Shown piece by piece: positions 1 to 13,579 of a DNA stretch of 64,000 nt. The stretch is from Burkholderiales bacterium (GTDB lineage: Bacteria; Pseudomonadota; Gammaproteobacteria; Burkholderiales; SG8-39). The notes under the pieces were generated by a model. That model saw only the letters and a program-made list of their open reading frames with translations, did no database searches and was not told the DNA's origin. Position numbers and translations under genes: made by a program. The number at the start of each line of letters is the position of its first letter. The first letter of the stretch is position 1. The stretch lies in NCBI GenBank assembly GCA_026417035.1, contig JAOAEA010000015.1, positions 824-64,823 of the forward strand. The letters run 5' to 3'.

Positions 1-1
1 C

Positions 2-70
2 CAGCGGGCCGAGGCGAGCGGCATCGCCCCGATCGCCGACTTCTCGCGGCGGCTGCGGAGCTACGCGTAG
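2..70 (+). CDS. 3' end of an unidentified CDS running off the window start
   Basis: GC3-rich open frame ...QRAEASGIAPIADFSRRLRSYA ends at TAG 68-70 and is followed by a hairpin at 92-119. The product is not recognisable from 22 aa. Confidence 0.3.
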   Translation, partial: QRAEASGIAPIADFSRRLRSYA

Positions 71-91
71 CGCGCTCCCCCGGGCCGGACG

Positions 92-119
92 GAAAGGGGC
101 CGCCGACCGCGGCCCTTTC
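92..119 (+). terminator. candidate intrinsic terminator of the upstream + strand gene
   Basis: Stem gaaaggggccgc / cgcggccctttc (11 bp with one bulged g), loop cgac, followed by tctcttcc. Confidence 0.4.
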
Positions 120-142
120 TCTTCCGTCCGCCCCGAAACGCG

Positions 143-166
143 GACGGCCCGCCGGGGCGGGCCGTC
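143..166 (-). terminator. candidate terminator hairpin downstream of rpmG
   Basis: Perfect 11-bp GC stem gacggcccgcc-gg-ggcgggccgtc about 29 nt beyond the rpmG stop. On the - strand it is followed by cgcgtttcgggg, a weak U tract. Confidence 0.45.
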
Positions 167-194
167 GCGAGCCGCAGGCCGGCGCGTGCCGGTC

Positions 195-350
195 CTACTT
201 CAGCTTCGTCTCCTTGAAGACGACGTGCTTGCGCGCCTTCGGATCGTACTTCTTGATCTCGAGCTTGTCGGGCGTGGTGCGCTTGTTCTTGGTCGTCGTG
301 TAGAAGTAGCCGGTGCCGGCGGTCGACTCGAGCTTGATCTTCTCGCGCAT
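195..350 (-). CDS. rpmG: 50S ribosomal protein L33
   Basis: Hand translation of a 51-aa ORF too short for the supplied track: [51 protein letters not shown]. It lies directly downstream of rpmB, as in most bacteria. Confidence 0.95.
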   Translation of the reverse strand: MREKIKLESTAGTGYFYTTTKNKRTTPDKLEIKKYDPKARKHVVFKETKLK

Positions 351-375
351 GGCGGTGCTCCTTCGGGGTGGGCGG

Positions 376-609
376 TCAGATCTCGCCGCGCGCGCGCAGG
401 TCCGCGAGCACCGCGTCGATCCCGACCTTGTCGATCCTGCGCAGGCCCGCGTTCGAAACGCGCAGCCGCACCCAGCGGTTCTCGCTCTCGACCCAGAAAC
501 GGCGGGTTTGCAGGTTCGGCAGGAAGCGGCGCTTGGTCTTGTTGTTCGCGTGGGAGACGTTGTGCCCCGTCTGCGGCTTCTTGCCGGTGACTTGGCAGAC
601 TCGTGCCAT
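376..609 (-). CDS. rpmB: 50S ribosomal protein L28
   Basis: Internal Met of ORF 376..672: [77 protein letters not shown], the canonical L28 sequence. Confidence 0.95.
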   Translation of the reverse strand: MARVCQVTGKKPQTGHNVSHANNKTKRRFLPNLQTRRFWVESENRWVRLRVSNAGLRRIDKVGIDAVLADLRARGEI

Positions 610-642
610 GACTGGTGCTCCGGGTTGGCGGAAAAGCTGGGG

Positions 643-648
643 ATTATA
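643..648 (-). promoter_or_regulatory. candidate -10 hexamer (TATAAT) for rpmB-rpmG
   Basis: attata on the + strand is a perfect TATAAT on the - strand, about 34 nt upstream of the rpmB ATG. The -35 is poor. Confidence 0.4.
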
Positions 649-715
649 CGCGAGAAGGGTCGGGCGCCTCAAGCCGCCGCGCGGGCCGGCCCGGGGCGCC
701 GGAACGCGCGTGCCG

Positions 716-1390
716 TCAGAGCAGGCCCCGCTCGGCGAACGACGTCGCCCCGGCGGCGCCGATCACGAAGTGGTCGAGGACCCGGACGTCCACCATGCCG
801 AGCGCCTGCCGCAAGGCGTCGGTGAGGAGGCGGTCGGCCTGGCTCGGCTCCGCGACCCCGGAGGGGTGGTTGTGGGCGAAGATCACGGCCGCCGCGTTGT
901 GGCGCAGCGCGCACTTCACCACCTCGCGCGGGTACACGCTCGTCTGGGTGAGGGTGCCGCGGAAGAGCTCCTCGTAGTGGATCACGCGGTTCTGGGCGTC
1001 GAGCAGCACGGCGGCGAACACCTCGTGCTCGCGATCGCGCAGGGCGAGCCGGAGGTAGTCCCGGACCGCTTCGGGGGAGGAGAGCGTGTCCTGGGTCCGG
1101 GCCTGCTCGATGAGCGCGCGGCGGGCGATCTCGAGGCCGGCCTTGAGCTGCGCCGACTTGGCCACGCCGATTCCCGGCACCTCCGCGAGCCGGTCCGCGC
1201 TGGCCGCGAGCAGACCCCCGAGGGAGCGGAAGCGCTCCAGCAGCGCGCGGCCGAGATCGACGGCGCTCATGCCGCGCACGCCCACCCGCAGGAAGATGGC
1301 GAGGAGCTCGGCGTCGGAGAGGCTCCCGGGGCCGCGGGCGAGGAGCTTCTCGCGCGGGCGCTCGTCTTCGGGCCAGTCGGAGATCGGCAT
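716..1390 (-). CDS. radC: RadC/YicR family (JAMM-motif) DNA repair protein
   Basis: 224 aa. N-terminus ...[45 protein letters not shown] (HhH region); C-terminus ...LLDAQNRVI...HNHPSG..EPSQAD (JAMM motif). Conserved position next to rpmB and divergent from coaBC. Confidence 0.9.
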   Translation of the reverse strand: MPISDWPEDERPREKLLARGPGSLSDAELLAIFLRVGVRGMSAVDLGRALLERFRSLGGLLAASADRLAEVPGIGVAKSAQLKAGLEIARRALIEQARTQDTLSSPEAVRDYLRLALRDREHEVFAAVLLDAQNRVIHYEELFRGTLTQTSVYPREVVKCALRHNAAAVIFAHNHPSGVAEPSQADRLLTDALRQALGMVDVRVLDHFVIGAAGATSFAERGLL

Positions 1391-1558
1391 CGGGGCGGCG
1401 GCGCCTTTCGCGTAGAATCGCCGGACTTCGTGAACGGCCGAAGTCTAGGGAAGCTCCGAGTTGTTCGCCAGATGGATCAGGGCTTCCTCCGATATCGGGG
1501 GTCGAAGGGGGATGTGCCCGCCTTTGTTCCGACGTTCCGCGGCGAAACAGCACCGGAC

Positions 1559-2752
1559 ATGAGCGAACTCGCATCGCGCCGCATCCTCCTCGGCGTCACC
1601 GGCGGGGTCGCGGCCTACAAGGCCGCCGAGCTCGCGCGGCTGCTCGTCAAGGCGGGCGCGGACGTGCAGGTCGTGATGACCGAGGCGGCGACGCGCTTCG
1701 TCACGCCGGTGACGCTGCAGGCGCTCGTGGGGCGCGCGGTGCTCACGGACATGTGGGACGCGAGCGTGCCGAACAACATGGCACACATCGAGGCTTCGCG
1801 CGACCGCGAGATCGTCGTCGTCGCGCCGGCCACGGCGGGCTTCCTCGCCAAGCTCGCCCACGGGTTCGCCGACGATCTGCTCTCGGCGCTCTGCCTCGCC
1901 CGGGAGTGCCCGCTCCTCGTGGCGCCGGCGATGAACCGGCAGATGTGGGAGCACCCGGCGACGCAGCGCAACGTCGCGACGCTCCGCGCCGACGGCGTCG
2001 CCGTGGTCGGCCCGGCGGCGGGCGATCAGGCCTGCGGCGAAACCGGACTTGGCCGGATGTCCGAGCCCGCCGACATCTATGCGGAGCTCGTGGCGCTCCT
2101 TGCGCCGAAGACGCTCGCGGGCAAGCGGGTGCTGGTCACTGCCGGCCCCACGTTCGAGCCGATCGACACCGTGCGCGGGATCACGAACCTGTCCTCGGGC
2201 AAGATGGGGTATGCCGTCGCCCAGGCCGCGGCGGAGGCGGGCGCCGAGGTGACCCTCGTCTCCGGACCCACCGCGCTTCCCACGCCGCCGCGGGTCGCCC
2301 GCGTCGATGTCACCACTGCGCGCGAGATGCGCGATGCGGTGCTCGCCCGGGCGCCGGGGACGGACATCTTCATCGCGGTCGCGGCGGTCGCCGACTACCA
2401 CGTGGTCGGCGCGAAAGACCACAAGATCAAGAAGCGGGCGGGCGAGGCGCCGACGCTCACGCTCGCCGAGAACCCGGACATCCTCGGCGAGGTCGCCTCG
2501 CTGCCGCGGCCGCCGTTCTGCGTCGGGTTCGCCGCGGAGACGGAGAACCTGCGCGAGTACGCGCAGGCGAAGCGGAAGAAAAAGGGCATCCCGCTCCTTG
2601 CCGCGAACCTCGCGCAGGAGGCCTTCGGCGCCGACGACAACGCGCTCACCCTCTTCGACGACCACGGCGAGCACGTGCTCCCGCGCGCACCGAAGATCAG
2701 GCTCGCGCGCGAGCTCGTGGGCCACATCGCGCGCATGCTCGCCCCCCGCTGA
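1559..2752 (+). CDS. coaBC: bifunctional phosphopantothenoylcysteine decarboxylase / phosphopantothenate-cysteine ligase
   Basis: Internal start of ORF 368..2752: MSELASRRILLGVTGGVAAYKAAELARLLVKAGADVQVVMTEAATRFVTP... (flavoprotein domain), then ...VTAGPTFEPIDTVRGITNLSSGKMG (CoaB domain). The upstream 397 codons of the track ORF look like an artefact. Confidence 0.9.
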   Translation: MSELASRRILLGVTGGVAAYKAAELARLLVKAGADVQVVMTEAATRFVTPVTLQALVGRAVLTDMWDASVPNNMAHIEASRDREIVVVAPATAGFLAKLAHGFADDLLSALCLARECPLLVAPAMNRQMWEHPATQRNVATLRADGVAVVGPAAGDQACGETGLGRMSEPADIYAELVALLAPKTLAGKRVLVTAGPTFEPIDTVRGITNLSSGKMGYAVAQAAAEAGAEVTLVSGPTALPTPPRVARVDVTTAREMRDAVLARAPGTDIFIAVAAVADYHVVGAKDHKIKKRAGEAPTLTLAENPDILGEVASLPRPPFCVGFAAETENLREYAQAKRKKKGIPLLAANLAQEAFGADDNALTLFDDHGEHVLPRAPKIRLARELVGHIARMLAPR

Positions 2753-2794
2753 CCCCTTGGGGCCGGGACACGGCGTCGCCGGCCCCGCAACGCC

Positions 2795-3244
2795 ATGCAC
2801 GCCATCGACGTCAAGGTCCTCGACCCGCGCCTCCACGACACGCCGCCGCGGTACTCGACCCCGGGCGCAGCGGGCCTCGACCTGCGCGCCTGCATCGACG
2901 CGGCCGTGACGCTCGCGCCCGGCGACACCCGGCTCGTCCCGAGCGGGATCGCCATCCATCTCGACGACCCCGGGCTCGCCGCACTGGTGCTGCCGCGCTC
3001 GGGGCTCGGCCACAAGCACGGCATCGTGCTCGGCAACCTGGTCGGGCTGATCGACTCCGACTACCAGGGCGAGATCATGGTGTCGGTGTGGAACCGCGGC
3101 CGGGAGGCGTTCACGATCCAGCCGCTGGAGCGGATCGCGCAGCTCGTCATCGTCCCGGTGCTCCAGGTGGCCCTCAAACTCGTCGAGGACTTCGGGGCGA
3201 GCGAGCGCGGCGCGGGCGGGTTCGGGAGCACCGGCCGCGGCTGA
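2795..3244 (+). CDS. dut: dUTP diphosphatase
   Basis: 149 aa with dUTPase motifs: [54 protein letters not shown]. coaBC-dut order is conserved. Confidence 0.95.
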   Translation: MHAIDVKVLDPRLHDTPPRYSTPGAAGLDLRACIDAAVTLAPGDTRLVPSGIAIHLDDPGLAALVLPRSGLGHKHGIVLGNLVGLIDSDYQGEIMVSVWNRGREAFTIQPLERIAQLVIVPVLQVALKLVEDFGASERGAGGFGSTGRG

Positions 3245-3267
3245 TGGGCCGCGGCCGGAAGCGGCGC

Positions 3268-3294
3268 GAAAAAAAGGGCAGCCGAGGCTGCCCT
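3268..3294 (-). terminator. rho-independent terminator of the fccAB operon (may also act on dut)
   Basis: Perfect 9-bp stem agggcagcc-ga-ggctgccct. On the - strand it is followed by the U tract encoded by aaaaaaa at 3269-3275. Confidence 0.7.
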
Positions 3295-3316
3295 TCCCGC
3301 TCGCCGCGCCGGGCCG

Positions 3317-4600
3317 CTACGCGAGCGTGTCGGCCCAGATGTTGCGCGCCCAGGCGTCGGCGAACTGCTTCTCCATCTCGCTCCGCTGGCTCGAGACGCC
3401 GCCAGAACCGGGCACCGTCACGAGCGTCTTCTTCTCCGCGTCCCAACGGTGCACCGACGCGACGTGCATCGCCTCGGTGGCGCTCGCGTAGCTGTAGCAG
3501 GTGTTGATGATCTGCGGCTGCGCGTTCACCGGCTGGCCGAGGAGCTGCGCGACGATCGCGCTCGCCGCGATCTTGGCCTGGTTGTTCGCCATGCTGCCCG
3601 ACTTGGGCATCGCGGGCGCCGACAGGGTCGCGTCGCCGATCACGTGGATGCCCGGCACGGCGACCGACTCGGCCGTCTGCCAGTCCACGCCGCACCAGCG
3701 GTTGTTCGCCGTGACGAGCTTCGCCTTCTCCGCGATGTCGCCGGCGCGCTGCGGCGGGACGACGTTGAGCACGTTGCCCCTGAACGTGTCGAACTCGGTG
3801 CGCACGGTGAGCGCCGCGGCGTCCACCTGCTTCACTTCCTGGTTCGGGCGGTATTCGATGATGCCCTTGTAGAGCTGGTCCCAGGCGGCCATGAAGAGGC
3901 CCTTCTTCGAGATCACGTCCTCGTTGCCGTCGAGGATCAGCACCTTCGACCTGGGCTTCGCCTGCTTGAAGTACGCGGCGACCTGGCAGGCGCGCTCGTA
4001 GGGGCCGGGCGGGCAGCGGTAGGGCGCCTTCGGGATCGACAGGATGTAGGTCCCGCCATCGGGCATCGCCTCGAGCTGCTTGCGCAGCGCCACGGTCTGC
4101 GGGCCGGCCTTCCAGGCGTGCAGGATGGTCTCCTGCGCCTTGGCGTCGAGGCCGGCGATGTCGCCGAACATGAAGTCGATGCCGGGGGCGACGACCAGGC
4201 GGTCGTAGGGCAGGTCCTCGACCCGCTTCATGCGCACGCGCTTCTTGTCGACGATGATGTCGGTGACCTCGTCCCGGATCACCTGGACCCCGTAGTTGCG
4301 CAGCTTCTCGTAGCCGATCGTCAGATCGTCGATGCTGCGCGAGCCGCCCAGCACGAGGTTCGAGAGCGGGCAGGAGACGAACTTCTCGTTGCGCTCGATC
4401 AGGAACACCTGGATCCGGCCGCCGCTCCACATCCGGATGTACTTCGCCGCCGTGGCGCCGCCGAACCCGGCGCCGACCACGATCACCGTGCCCACCGGCT
4501 TCGCGGGCGCCGCCGGCTCGGTGGCGCAGCCCGCGAGCCCGGCCGCGGTGCCCGCGCCCACCAGCTTGATGAAGTCGCGGCGCGTGAAATCGAATGCCAT
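3317..4600 (-). CDS. fccB: flavocytochrome c sulfide dehydrogenase, flavoprotein subunit (FccB/SoxF-like)
   Basis: 427 aa. Tat-type signal MAFDFTRRDFIKLVGAGTAAGLAG; FAD fold VVGAGFGGATAAKY; ...YRCPPGPYERA... redox Cys segment typical of FCSD. Confidence 0.85.
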   Translation of the reverse strand: MAFDFTRRDFIKLVGAGTAAGLAGCATEPAAPAKPVGTVIVVGAGFGGATAAKYIRMWSGGRIQVFLIERNEKFVSCPLSNLVLGGSRSIDDLTIGYEKLRNYGVQVIRDEVTDIIVDKKRVRMKRVEDLPYDRLVVAPGIDFMFGDIAGLDAKAQETILHAWKAGPQTVALRKQLEAMPDGGTYILSIPKAPYRCPPGPYERACQVAAYFKQAKPRSKVLILDGNEDVISKKGLFMAAWDQLYKGIIEYRPNQEVKQVDAAALTVRTEFDTFRGNVLNVVPPQRAGDIAEKAKLVTANNRWCGVDWQTAESVAVPGIHVIGDATLSAPAMPKSGSMANNQAKIAASAIVAQLLGQPVNAQPQIINTCYSYASATEAMHVASVHRWDAEKKTLVTVPGSGGVSSQRSEMEKQFADAWARNIWADTLA

Positions 4601-4612
4601 GGTCGTCTCCCC

Positions 4613-4912
4613 CTATTTCTTCTGTGCCGCGAAGAACGCGCTGACCGCGTCGATCTGGGCGTCGGTGTAGCCCTTCGCGAGCTTCGGCATGATCGTCCCG
4701 GGCCGCCGGCCGTCGCGGAATTCCACGAGGAGCTTCGCGAGCTGCTCCTTCTGGACGCCGGCGAGCACGGCCATGTTGGGCTGCGCCCGGCCCTCGGTGC
4801 CGTGGCAGATGGCGCAGGCGGCCGCCAGATCACGGCCATTCGGGGTCTGGGCCGCCGCCGCGAGCGGCAGCGCCGCTGCAAGGCCAGCGAGCACGGAAAG
4901 CGCGCGCTTCAT
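4613..4912 (-). CDS. fccA: monohaem cytochrome c subunit (FccA/SoxE-like)
   Basis: Last 99 codons of track ORF 4613..7456: MKRALSVLAGLAAALPLAAAAQ (signal peptide) ...CAICH (haem c site)... It sits 12 nt upstream of fccB. Confidence 0.75.
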   Translation of the reverse strand: MKRALSVLAGLAAALPLAAAAQTPNGRDLAAACAICHGTEGRAQPNMAVLAGVQKEQLAKLLVEFRDGRRPGTIMPKLAKGYTDAQIDAVSAFFAAQKK

Positions 4913-5142
4913 CAGGGGTTCTCCTCCTAAGGGGCGCGGCGTCGGAGCGCCGCGTCGGTTGTCTGTTGCGCCGCAAGTTTCTGACGCTGCAGGGGGGCGC
5001 GTCAAGTCGAAGCTCCGCATGGCGCTGAGCCCCGCGTTGATCGAAGCTCCGCATGGCACCATGGCGCGCCTTGATCGCGCCCCGCAAGAAGCGACGAGGG
5101 CCGCACGCGCGGCCCCCGGACGCGGCGCGGATGCCCTGCGGG

Positions 5143-7434
<2,292 letters not shown>

Positions 7435-7743
7435 CTACGTTTCCTCCATCACGCACTGCAGCGGGTGCTGGTGCTTGCGCGCGTACGAGACAACCTGCTC
7501 GACCTTCGTCGTCGCGATGTCCCTCGGGTACACCCCGCAGATCCCCATGCCCTCGCGGTGCACCTTGAGCATCACCTGCGTCGCCTTCTCCCGCGTCATG
7601 CCGAAGAAGGTCTGCAGCACCACCACCACGAACTCCATCGGCGTGTAGTCGTCGTTCAGGAGGAGCACCTTGAAGAGCGGCGGGGGCTTGAGCTTGCTCT
7701 TCCGGGCCTCGAGGACCGTTCCATCGCGCGGACGTGACGACAT
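7435..7743 (-). CDS. clpS: ClpA adaptor protein ClpS
   Basis: Internal Met of ORF 7435..7992: MSSRPRDG...[64 protein letters not shown]. The stop abuts the clpA start. Confidence 0.9.
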   Translation of the reverse strand: MSSRPRDGTVLEARKSKLKPPPLFKVLLLNDDYTPMEFVVVVLQTFFGMTREKATQVMLKVHREGMGICGVYPRDIATTKVEQVVSYARKHQHPLQCVMEET

Positions 7744-7940
7744 ACTGCCAGGGGACGTTGTGCCAGAGCCTCGTGTCAGCCGAATCGGGTGCCGCGCCGC
7801 GCCGCGGACCGGATGCGCGGCCGGTCCGCCGCGGGCACGTTGACTCGCGTGTAATGCTAGCAGAGTTTGCGCGCCCCGCAACGCGCCCCCTCGGGCGAAA
7901 ACGCCCTTTCGCGGCAGGAGGTTGACGCTGCCCGCGCCGC

Positions 7941-7970
7941 TTGACGCCCGCGGGGAAAAGCGGTTAAAAA
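7941..7970 (+). promoter_or_regulatory. candidate promoter for cspD with a long 5' UTR
   Basis: TTGACG (7941-7946), 18-nt spacer, TAAAAA (7965-7970). A second TTGACG lies at 7922-7927. This would give a roughly 120-nt leader, as is typical for csp genes. Confidence 0.3.
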
Positions 7971-8097
7971 GCCGCGGATGTTTGTCGTTCAAGCGCTACG
8001 CGGTCTCGCCTCCGTCGCGGGGGTCTCCACGGCTTGCTTGGAACGCAGGCATTGGTGGGGGGGACCCCGATAGGCAAAAACGTTCAGGGAAGGGACC

Positions 8098-8301
8098 ATG
8101 CCAACCGGAACAGTGAAGTGGTTCAACGACGCGAAGGGCTTCGGGTTCATCACGCCGGACGACGGCGGCGAGGATCTCTTCGCCCATTACAGCTCGATCC
8201 AGATGCCCGGCTTCAAGACCCTCAAGGAAGGCCAGAAGGTGACCTTCGAGGTGGTCCAGGGGCCGAAGGGCAAGCAGGCGTCCAACATCCAGGCCGCCTG
8301 A
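8098..8301 (+). CDS. cspD: cold-shock domain protein, CspD-like
   Basis: 67 aa: [58 protein letters not shown] (RNP1/RNP2 motifs). Divergent from clpS, as in E. coli. Confidence 0.9.
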   Translation: MPTGTVKWFNDAKGFGFITPDDGGEDLFAHYSSIQMPGFKTLKEGQKVTFEVVQGPKGKQASNIQAA

Positions 8302-8324
8302 GGCGCGGGCCCGGCCTGCCTCGA

Positions 8325-8346
8325 GCCCCGCGAGGCGGGGCTTTTT
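8325..8346 (+). terminator. rho-independent terminator of cspD
   Basis: gccccgc-gag-gcggggc followed by ttttt. Confidence 0.8.
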
Positions 8347-8361
8347 CGTTTCCCGCGCGCG

Positions 8362-9069
8362 ATGAGCGGGGCGCGCTCCAACCGGTCCCGGCCGGCGAGC
8401 CTCCCGCCGGCCGCCGGCCGGCCCGCCCGGGTCGTCCTCTTCAACAAGCCCTACGGCGTCGTGTGCCGCTTCGCCGACGAGCGTCCGTGCCTGCGCGACT
8501 ACATCCCGATCGCCGGCGTGTACCCCGCGGGGCGCCTCGACGCGGCGAGCGAGGGACTGGTGCTGCTCACCGCCGAAGGTGCGCTGCAGGCCGAGATCGC
8601 CGATCCCCGGCACAAGTGGCCGAAGACCTACCTCGTCGAGGTCGAGGGGGAGATCGACGCGCAGGCGATCGCCCGGCTCGCGCGTGGCGTCGAGATCGAC
8701 GGGAGGCCGACCCGGCCGGCCGAGGTGCGGCGCATCCCGCCGCCCGGCGACCTATGGCCGCGAACGCCGCCGGTTCGGCACCGGGCGAGCATCCCCACGA
8801 GCTGGATCGAGCTCACGCTCCGCGAGGGCCGCAACCGCCAGGTCCGGAAGATGACGGCGCGGGTCGGCTACCCGACGCTGCGGCTCGTGCGCGTGCGCGT
8901 CGGTCCGTTCGATCTCGAGGGCCTGCCGCCCGGCGCGTGGCGCGAGGCGATCACCTGGACAGCCACGCCCCCAACCCAGCGGCCCGTCGGGCCGCCCCGG
9001 GAACGAGGCGCGGGCCCGTCGCCGGCGGCTGGCCGGCGTCGGGCGCGCCGTGTCGCGCGCGGCCGCTGA
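8362..9069 (+). CDS. rluE: 23S rRNA pseudouridine synthase RluE (RsuA family)
   Basis: 235 aa: VVLFNKPYGVV...GVYPAGRLDAASEGLVLLT...KTYLVEVEG...IPTSWIELTLREGRNRQVRKMTARVGYPTLRLVRV. This matches my recollection of E. coli RluE closely. The C-terminal ~45 aa are low complexity. Confidence 0.85.
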   Translation: MSGARSNRSRPASLPPAAGRPARVVLFNKPYGVVCRFADERPCLRDYIPIAGVYPAGRLDAASEGLVLLTAEGALQAEIADPRHKWPKTYLVEVEGEIDAQAIARLARGVEIDGRPTRPAEVRRIPPPGDLWPRTPPVRHRASIPTSWIELTLREGRNRQVRKMTARVGYPTLRLVRVRVGPFDLEGLPPGAWREAITWTATPPTQRPVGPPRERGAGPSPAAGRRRARRVARGR

Positions 9070-9199
9070 ATCGGCGAAACTCGCAGGTCGCGGGCGCGCG
9101 CGTCAACCCGCGCGCCCGCCGGGCTCTAGCCGGTTCGCCGCCACGCGGGTGACGGCCGGCCGCCGCCACCTGCCCACCCGATCCGAGGAAAGTCCGAAG

Positions 9200-9634
9200 A
9201 TGCGCAGACTCGCCATCGCCGCCGCCCTCGCCGCCGCCCCGGCGCTCGCCCAGGCGCCGCTGCCGCGCGTGCAGCTGAACGCCGGCATCCACGTCATCCG
9301 CGCCGAGGTCGCCAGCACGTTCGAGACGCGCGCGCAGGGCCTGATGTTCCGCAAGACGCTCGGCGCGAGCGACGGCATGCTCTTCGTCTTCCCCGAGCCG
9401 CAGCGCATCTGCATGTGGATGCGGAACACGTACGTGCCCCTGTCGGTGGCGTTCATGGACGAGCAGGGCGTGATCCTCAACGTCGAGGACATGGCGCCGC
9501 TCACCGAGGCGTCGCACTGCGCCGCTGGTCCGGCGAAGTTCGCGCTCGAGATGAACCAGGGCTGGTTCGCGGCGCGCGGCGTGAAGGCCGGCACGCGCAT
9601 CGGCGGGCTGGAGCAGGCACCCGCCGCCCGGTGA
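9200..9634 (+). CDS. DUF192 family periplasmic protein
   Basis: Internal ATG of ORF 9050..9634: MRRLAIAAALAAAPALAQA (signal) ...VEVASTFETRAQGLMFRKTLGASDGMLFVFPEPQ...MWMRNTYVPLSVAFMDEQGVI...ALEMNQGWF. Confidence 0.75.
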   Translation: MRRLAIAAALAAAPALAQAPLPRVQLNAGIHVIRAEVASTFETRAQGLMFRKTLGASDGMLFVFPEPQRICMWMRNTYVPLSVAFMDEQGVILNVEDMAPLTEASHCAAGPAKFALEMNQGWFAARGVKAGTRIGGLEQAPAAR

Positions 9635-9664
9635 GCGGCGCGCGGCGGCCGCGCGGAAACGAAA

Positions 9665-9686
9665 GAGCCCCGCTCGCGCGGGGCTC
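9665..9686. terminator. bidirectional terminator hairpin between the DUF192 gene and icd
   Basis: 9-bp stem gagccccgc-tcgc-gcggggctc. On the - strand it is followed by tttcgtttcc. Confidence 0.6.
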
Positions 9687-9707
9687 TCGCCGGCAGCGGG
9701 CGCGCCG

Positions 9708-10937
<1,230 letters not shown>

Positions 10938-11180
10938 CGGTCTTCCTTCTCGTCTTCTCGTGTGGATGCGGGCCGGCCAGGGCCGCCGGGCGCGCGCGGC
11001 GCCGCGTCCGCCTGCGCTGTGTCGCGCCGGTCGCCGCCGCGAGCGCATAAGCCGAAACGCGGCGGACACAAGGCCGAATTATCGCCGAAAGGGCACGGCC
11101 CGCCAACCGCGGAGCCGGCGCCCGGGAGCGCCCGGCCGCGGTGATAGACTCGAAGACGCCAGCAGGGATCACGCCGCGCC

Positions 11181-13028
11181 ATGGACATACCGAAGGGAGA
11201 GAACCCCACCGCGCTCGGCATCGCGAGAGCGCTCCTGGAGGGCTTCGACCGGCACTACCGGCTCTTCCGCGAGACGAGCGCCGCCGCGAAGACGCGCTTC
11301 GAGGCGGCGGACTGGGCCGGCGCGCAGAAGGCCGTGCGCGACCGGATCCAGTTCTACGACGACCGCGTCCGCGAGACCGTGGAGCGGCTGCGCTCGGAGC
11401 TCGGCGCCGGCTCGCTCGACGCCAACACCTGGCAGCAGGTGAAGCTCCTCTACATCGGGCTGCTCACCAACCACCGCCAGCCCGAGCTCGCCGAGACGTT
11501 CTTCAACTCGGTGTCGTGCAAGATCCTGCACCGCACCTACTTCCACAACGACTTCATCTTCTTCCGCCCGGCGGTCTCGACCGAGTACATCGAATCCGAC
11601 CCGCCGACCTACCGTAGCTACTACCCGACGTCGATGGGGATGCGCGAGACGTTCCGCAACGTGCTCGCCGACTTCCGCTGGAACGTGCCGTTCGCCGACC
11701 TCGAGCGCGACATCGGCTACGCGCTGAAGGCCGTCGAGCAGCACCTGGGCGGCTGGCCGCCGGCGGAGGCCAACCTCCAGGTGCAGGTCCTGCACTCGGC
11801 CTTCTACCGCAACAAGGCCGCCTACGTGATCGGCAAGGTCGTGAACGGCCACCACGAGTACCCGTTCGCGATTCCGGTGCTGCGCAACTCGCGCGGCGAG
11901 CTCTACCTCGACGCCATCCTGCTCGATGCCTGGCGGATCGGGCTGGTGTTCTCGCTGTCGCGCGCCTACTTCATGGTGGACATGGCCGTGCCCTCCGGGT
12001 ACGTGCAGTTCCTGCGCTCGATCATGCCGTGGAAGTCGCGCGCCGACCTCTACACCATGCTCGGGCTGCAGAAGCAGGGCAAGAACATCTTCTACCGCGA
12101 CCTCGCGCACCACCTGCGCCACTCGCGCGACCAGTTCGTCGTCGCGCCGGGCGTCCCGGGCCTGGTGATGATGGTCTTCACCCTGCCGTCGTTCCCCTAC
12201 GTCTTCAAGGTGATCCGCGACCGCTTCGCGCCGCCCAAGGACATCGACCACGCGACCGTGCGGGCGAAGTACCTGCTGGTGAAGCGCCACGACCGCGTCG
12301 GGCGCATGGCCGACACCCTCGAGTTCTCCGACGTCGCGCTGCCGCGCTCGCGCATGAGCCCGGAGCTCGTGGCCGAGCTCGCCACGAGCTGCGCGTCGCT
12401 CGTCGAGGAGGACGGCGACCAGCTCGTGATCAAGCACCTCTACATCGAGCGCCGCATGACGCCGCTCAACCTCTACCTCGACCACGCGAGCCCGGCCGAG
12501 CTCGAGCACGCGGTCCGCGACTACGGCAACGCGATCAAGGAGCTCGCGGTCGCGAACATCTTCCCCGGCGACATGCTCTTCAAGAACTTCGGCATCACGC
12601 GCTACGGCCGCGTGGTGTTCTACGACTACGACGAGCTCGAGTACCTGACCGACTGCAACTTCCGCCGCATCCCGCCGCCGCCCTATCCGGAGTTCGAGAT
12701 GTCCGGCGAGCCGTGGTACTCGGTCGGGCGCCACGACGTGTTCCCCGAGGAGTTCGCGACGTTCCTCCTCGGAACGCCGCGCATCCGCGAGGCGTTCCTG
12801 CGCCACCACGCCGACCTGCTCGACCCGGAGTTCTGGAAGGACGCGCAGGCGCGCATCCGCGCCGGCCAGGTGGCCGACTTCTTCCCCTACCCCGAGTCCC
12901 TGCGGTTCAAGAACCTCTTCGCCGGCGCCGCCACCGCCGCCGGCCAGCACGAGCTGCCGCTCGAGGCCTACAGCCCGAACCTGCCGCATCTCTCCCCGGA
13001 AGTGCTCTCCGAAGTCGAGATCGACTGA
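11181..13028 (+). CDS. aceK: isocitrate dehydrogenase kinase/phosphatase
   Basis: 615 aa: ...[17 protein letters not shown]...[10 protein letters not shown]...[19 protein letters not shown]... (AceK family). Divergent from icd. Confidence 0.9.
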   Translation: MDIPKGENPTALGIARALLEGFDRHYRLFRETSAAAKTRFEAADWAGAQKAVRDRIQFYDDRVRETVERLRSELGAGSLDANTWQQVKLLYIGLLTNHRQPELAETFFNSVSCKILHRTYFHNDFIFFRPAVSTEYIESDPPTYRSYYPTSMGMRETFRNVLADFRWNVPFADLERDIGYALKAVEQHLGGWPPAEANLQVQVLHSAFYRNKAAYVIGKVVNGHHEYPFAIPVLRNSRGELYLDAILLDAWRIGLVFSLSRAYFMVDMAVPSGYVQFLRSIMPWKSRADLYTMLGLQKQGKNIFYRDLAHHLRHSRDQFVVAPGVPGLVMMVFTLPSFPYVFKVIRDRFAPPKDIDHATVRAKYLLVKRHDRVGRMADTLEFSDVALPRSRMSPELVAELATSCASLVEEDGDQLVIKHLYIERRMTPLNLYLDHASPAELEHAVRDYGNAIKELAVANIFPGDMLFKNFGITRYGRVVFYDYDELEYLTDCNFRRIPPPPYPEFEMSGEPWYSVGRHDVFPEEFATFLLGTPRIREAFLRHHADLLDPEFWKDAQARIRAGQVADFFPYPESLRFKNLFAGAATAAGQHELPLEAYSPNLPHLSPEVLSEVEID

Positions 13029-13085
13029 GCGGAGCGCGCGGCCGGCGGGGGTGCGCCCCCTCCGTGCGCGGACGGCCCAGCCGCC

Positions 13086-13577
13086 CTAGCGCCCGAAATA
13101 GACGGCCGTGTGCGCGCCCGCGGCCATGAAGAAGAGCATCGGGAATGCGAGCGCGAGGTTCACGCGCGAGACCAGGAACGCCCGCCGCCGCGCCGCTTCA
13201 CGCGCGGCGTCGCTCGCCGCGACGAGGCCGAGCGCCTTTTGCTGAGCGGGCCAGATGACGAGCCAGACGTTGGCGAGCATGATCGTGCCGAGCCAGGCGC
13301 CGACGCCGATGGCGAGGTGGCTCTTTTCGAGCGCGAACGCCGACGCGAAGTCCTTGCCGAGCAGCGCCGCGCCGGCGAGCCAGGTGACCACGGCGGCCCA
13401 GCGGAACCACCAGAGCGCGCGCGGGGCGACGTGCTTCGCGATGCCCGCCGCCGTGCCGTCGGCCTGCGCCGCCCGGAGCGCCGGCACCTGCACGAAGTTG
13501 AAGTAGAAGAGCAGGCCGAGCCACATGATGCCCGCGAGGATGTGCAGCCAGCGGGCGAGCGCGGGCACCCAGTTCAC
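13086..13577 (-). CDS. conserved integral membrane protein (resembles the N-terminal membrane domain of PuuD-type proteins)
   Basis: 163 aa with a GTG start and about 4 predicted TM helices: WLHILAGIMWLGLLFYFNFVQVP..., WWFRWAAVVTWLAGAALLG. The family assignment is tentative. Confidence 0.65.
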   Translation of the reverse strand: MNWVPALARWLHILAGIMWLGLLFYFNFVQVPALRAAQADGTAAGIAKHVAPRALWWFRWAAVVTWLAGAALLGKDFASAFALEKSHLAIGVGAWLGTIMLANVWLVIWPAQQKALGLVAASDAAREAARRRAFLVSRVNLALAFPMLFFMAAGAHTAVYFGR

Positions 13578-13579
13578 GG

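Noticed and set aside
368-2752. 794-aa track ORF that would extend coaBC about 400 codons upstream across rpmB and radC.
   Set aside because: The upstream part overlaps well-supported rpmB and radC on the other strand and is Arg/Gly/Ala/Pro-rich with no family resemblance. The CoaBC homology begins at MSELASRRILLGVTGG (1559).
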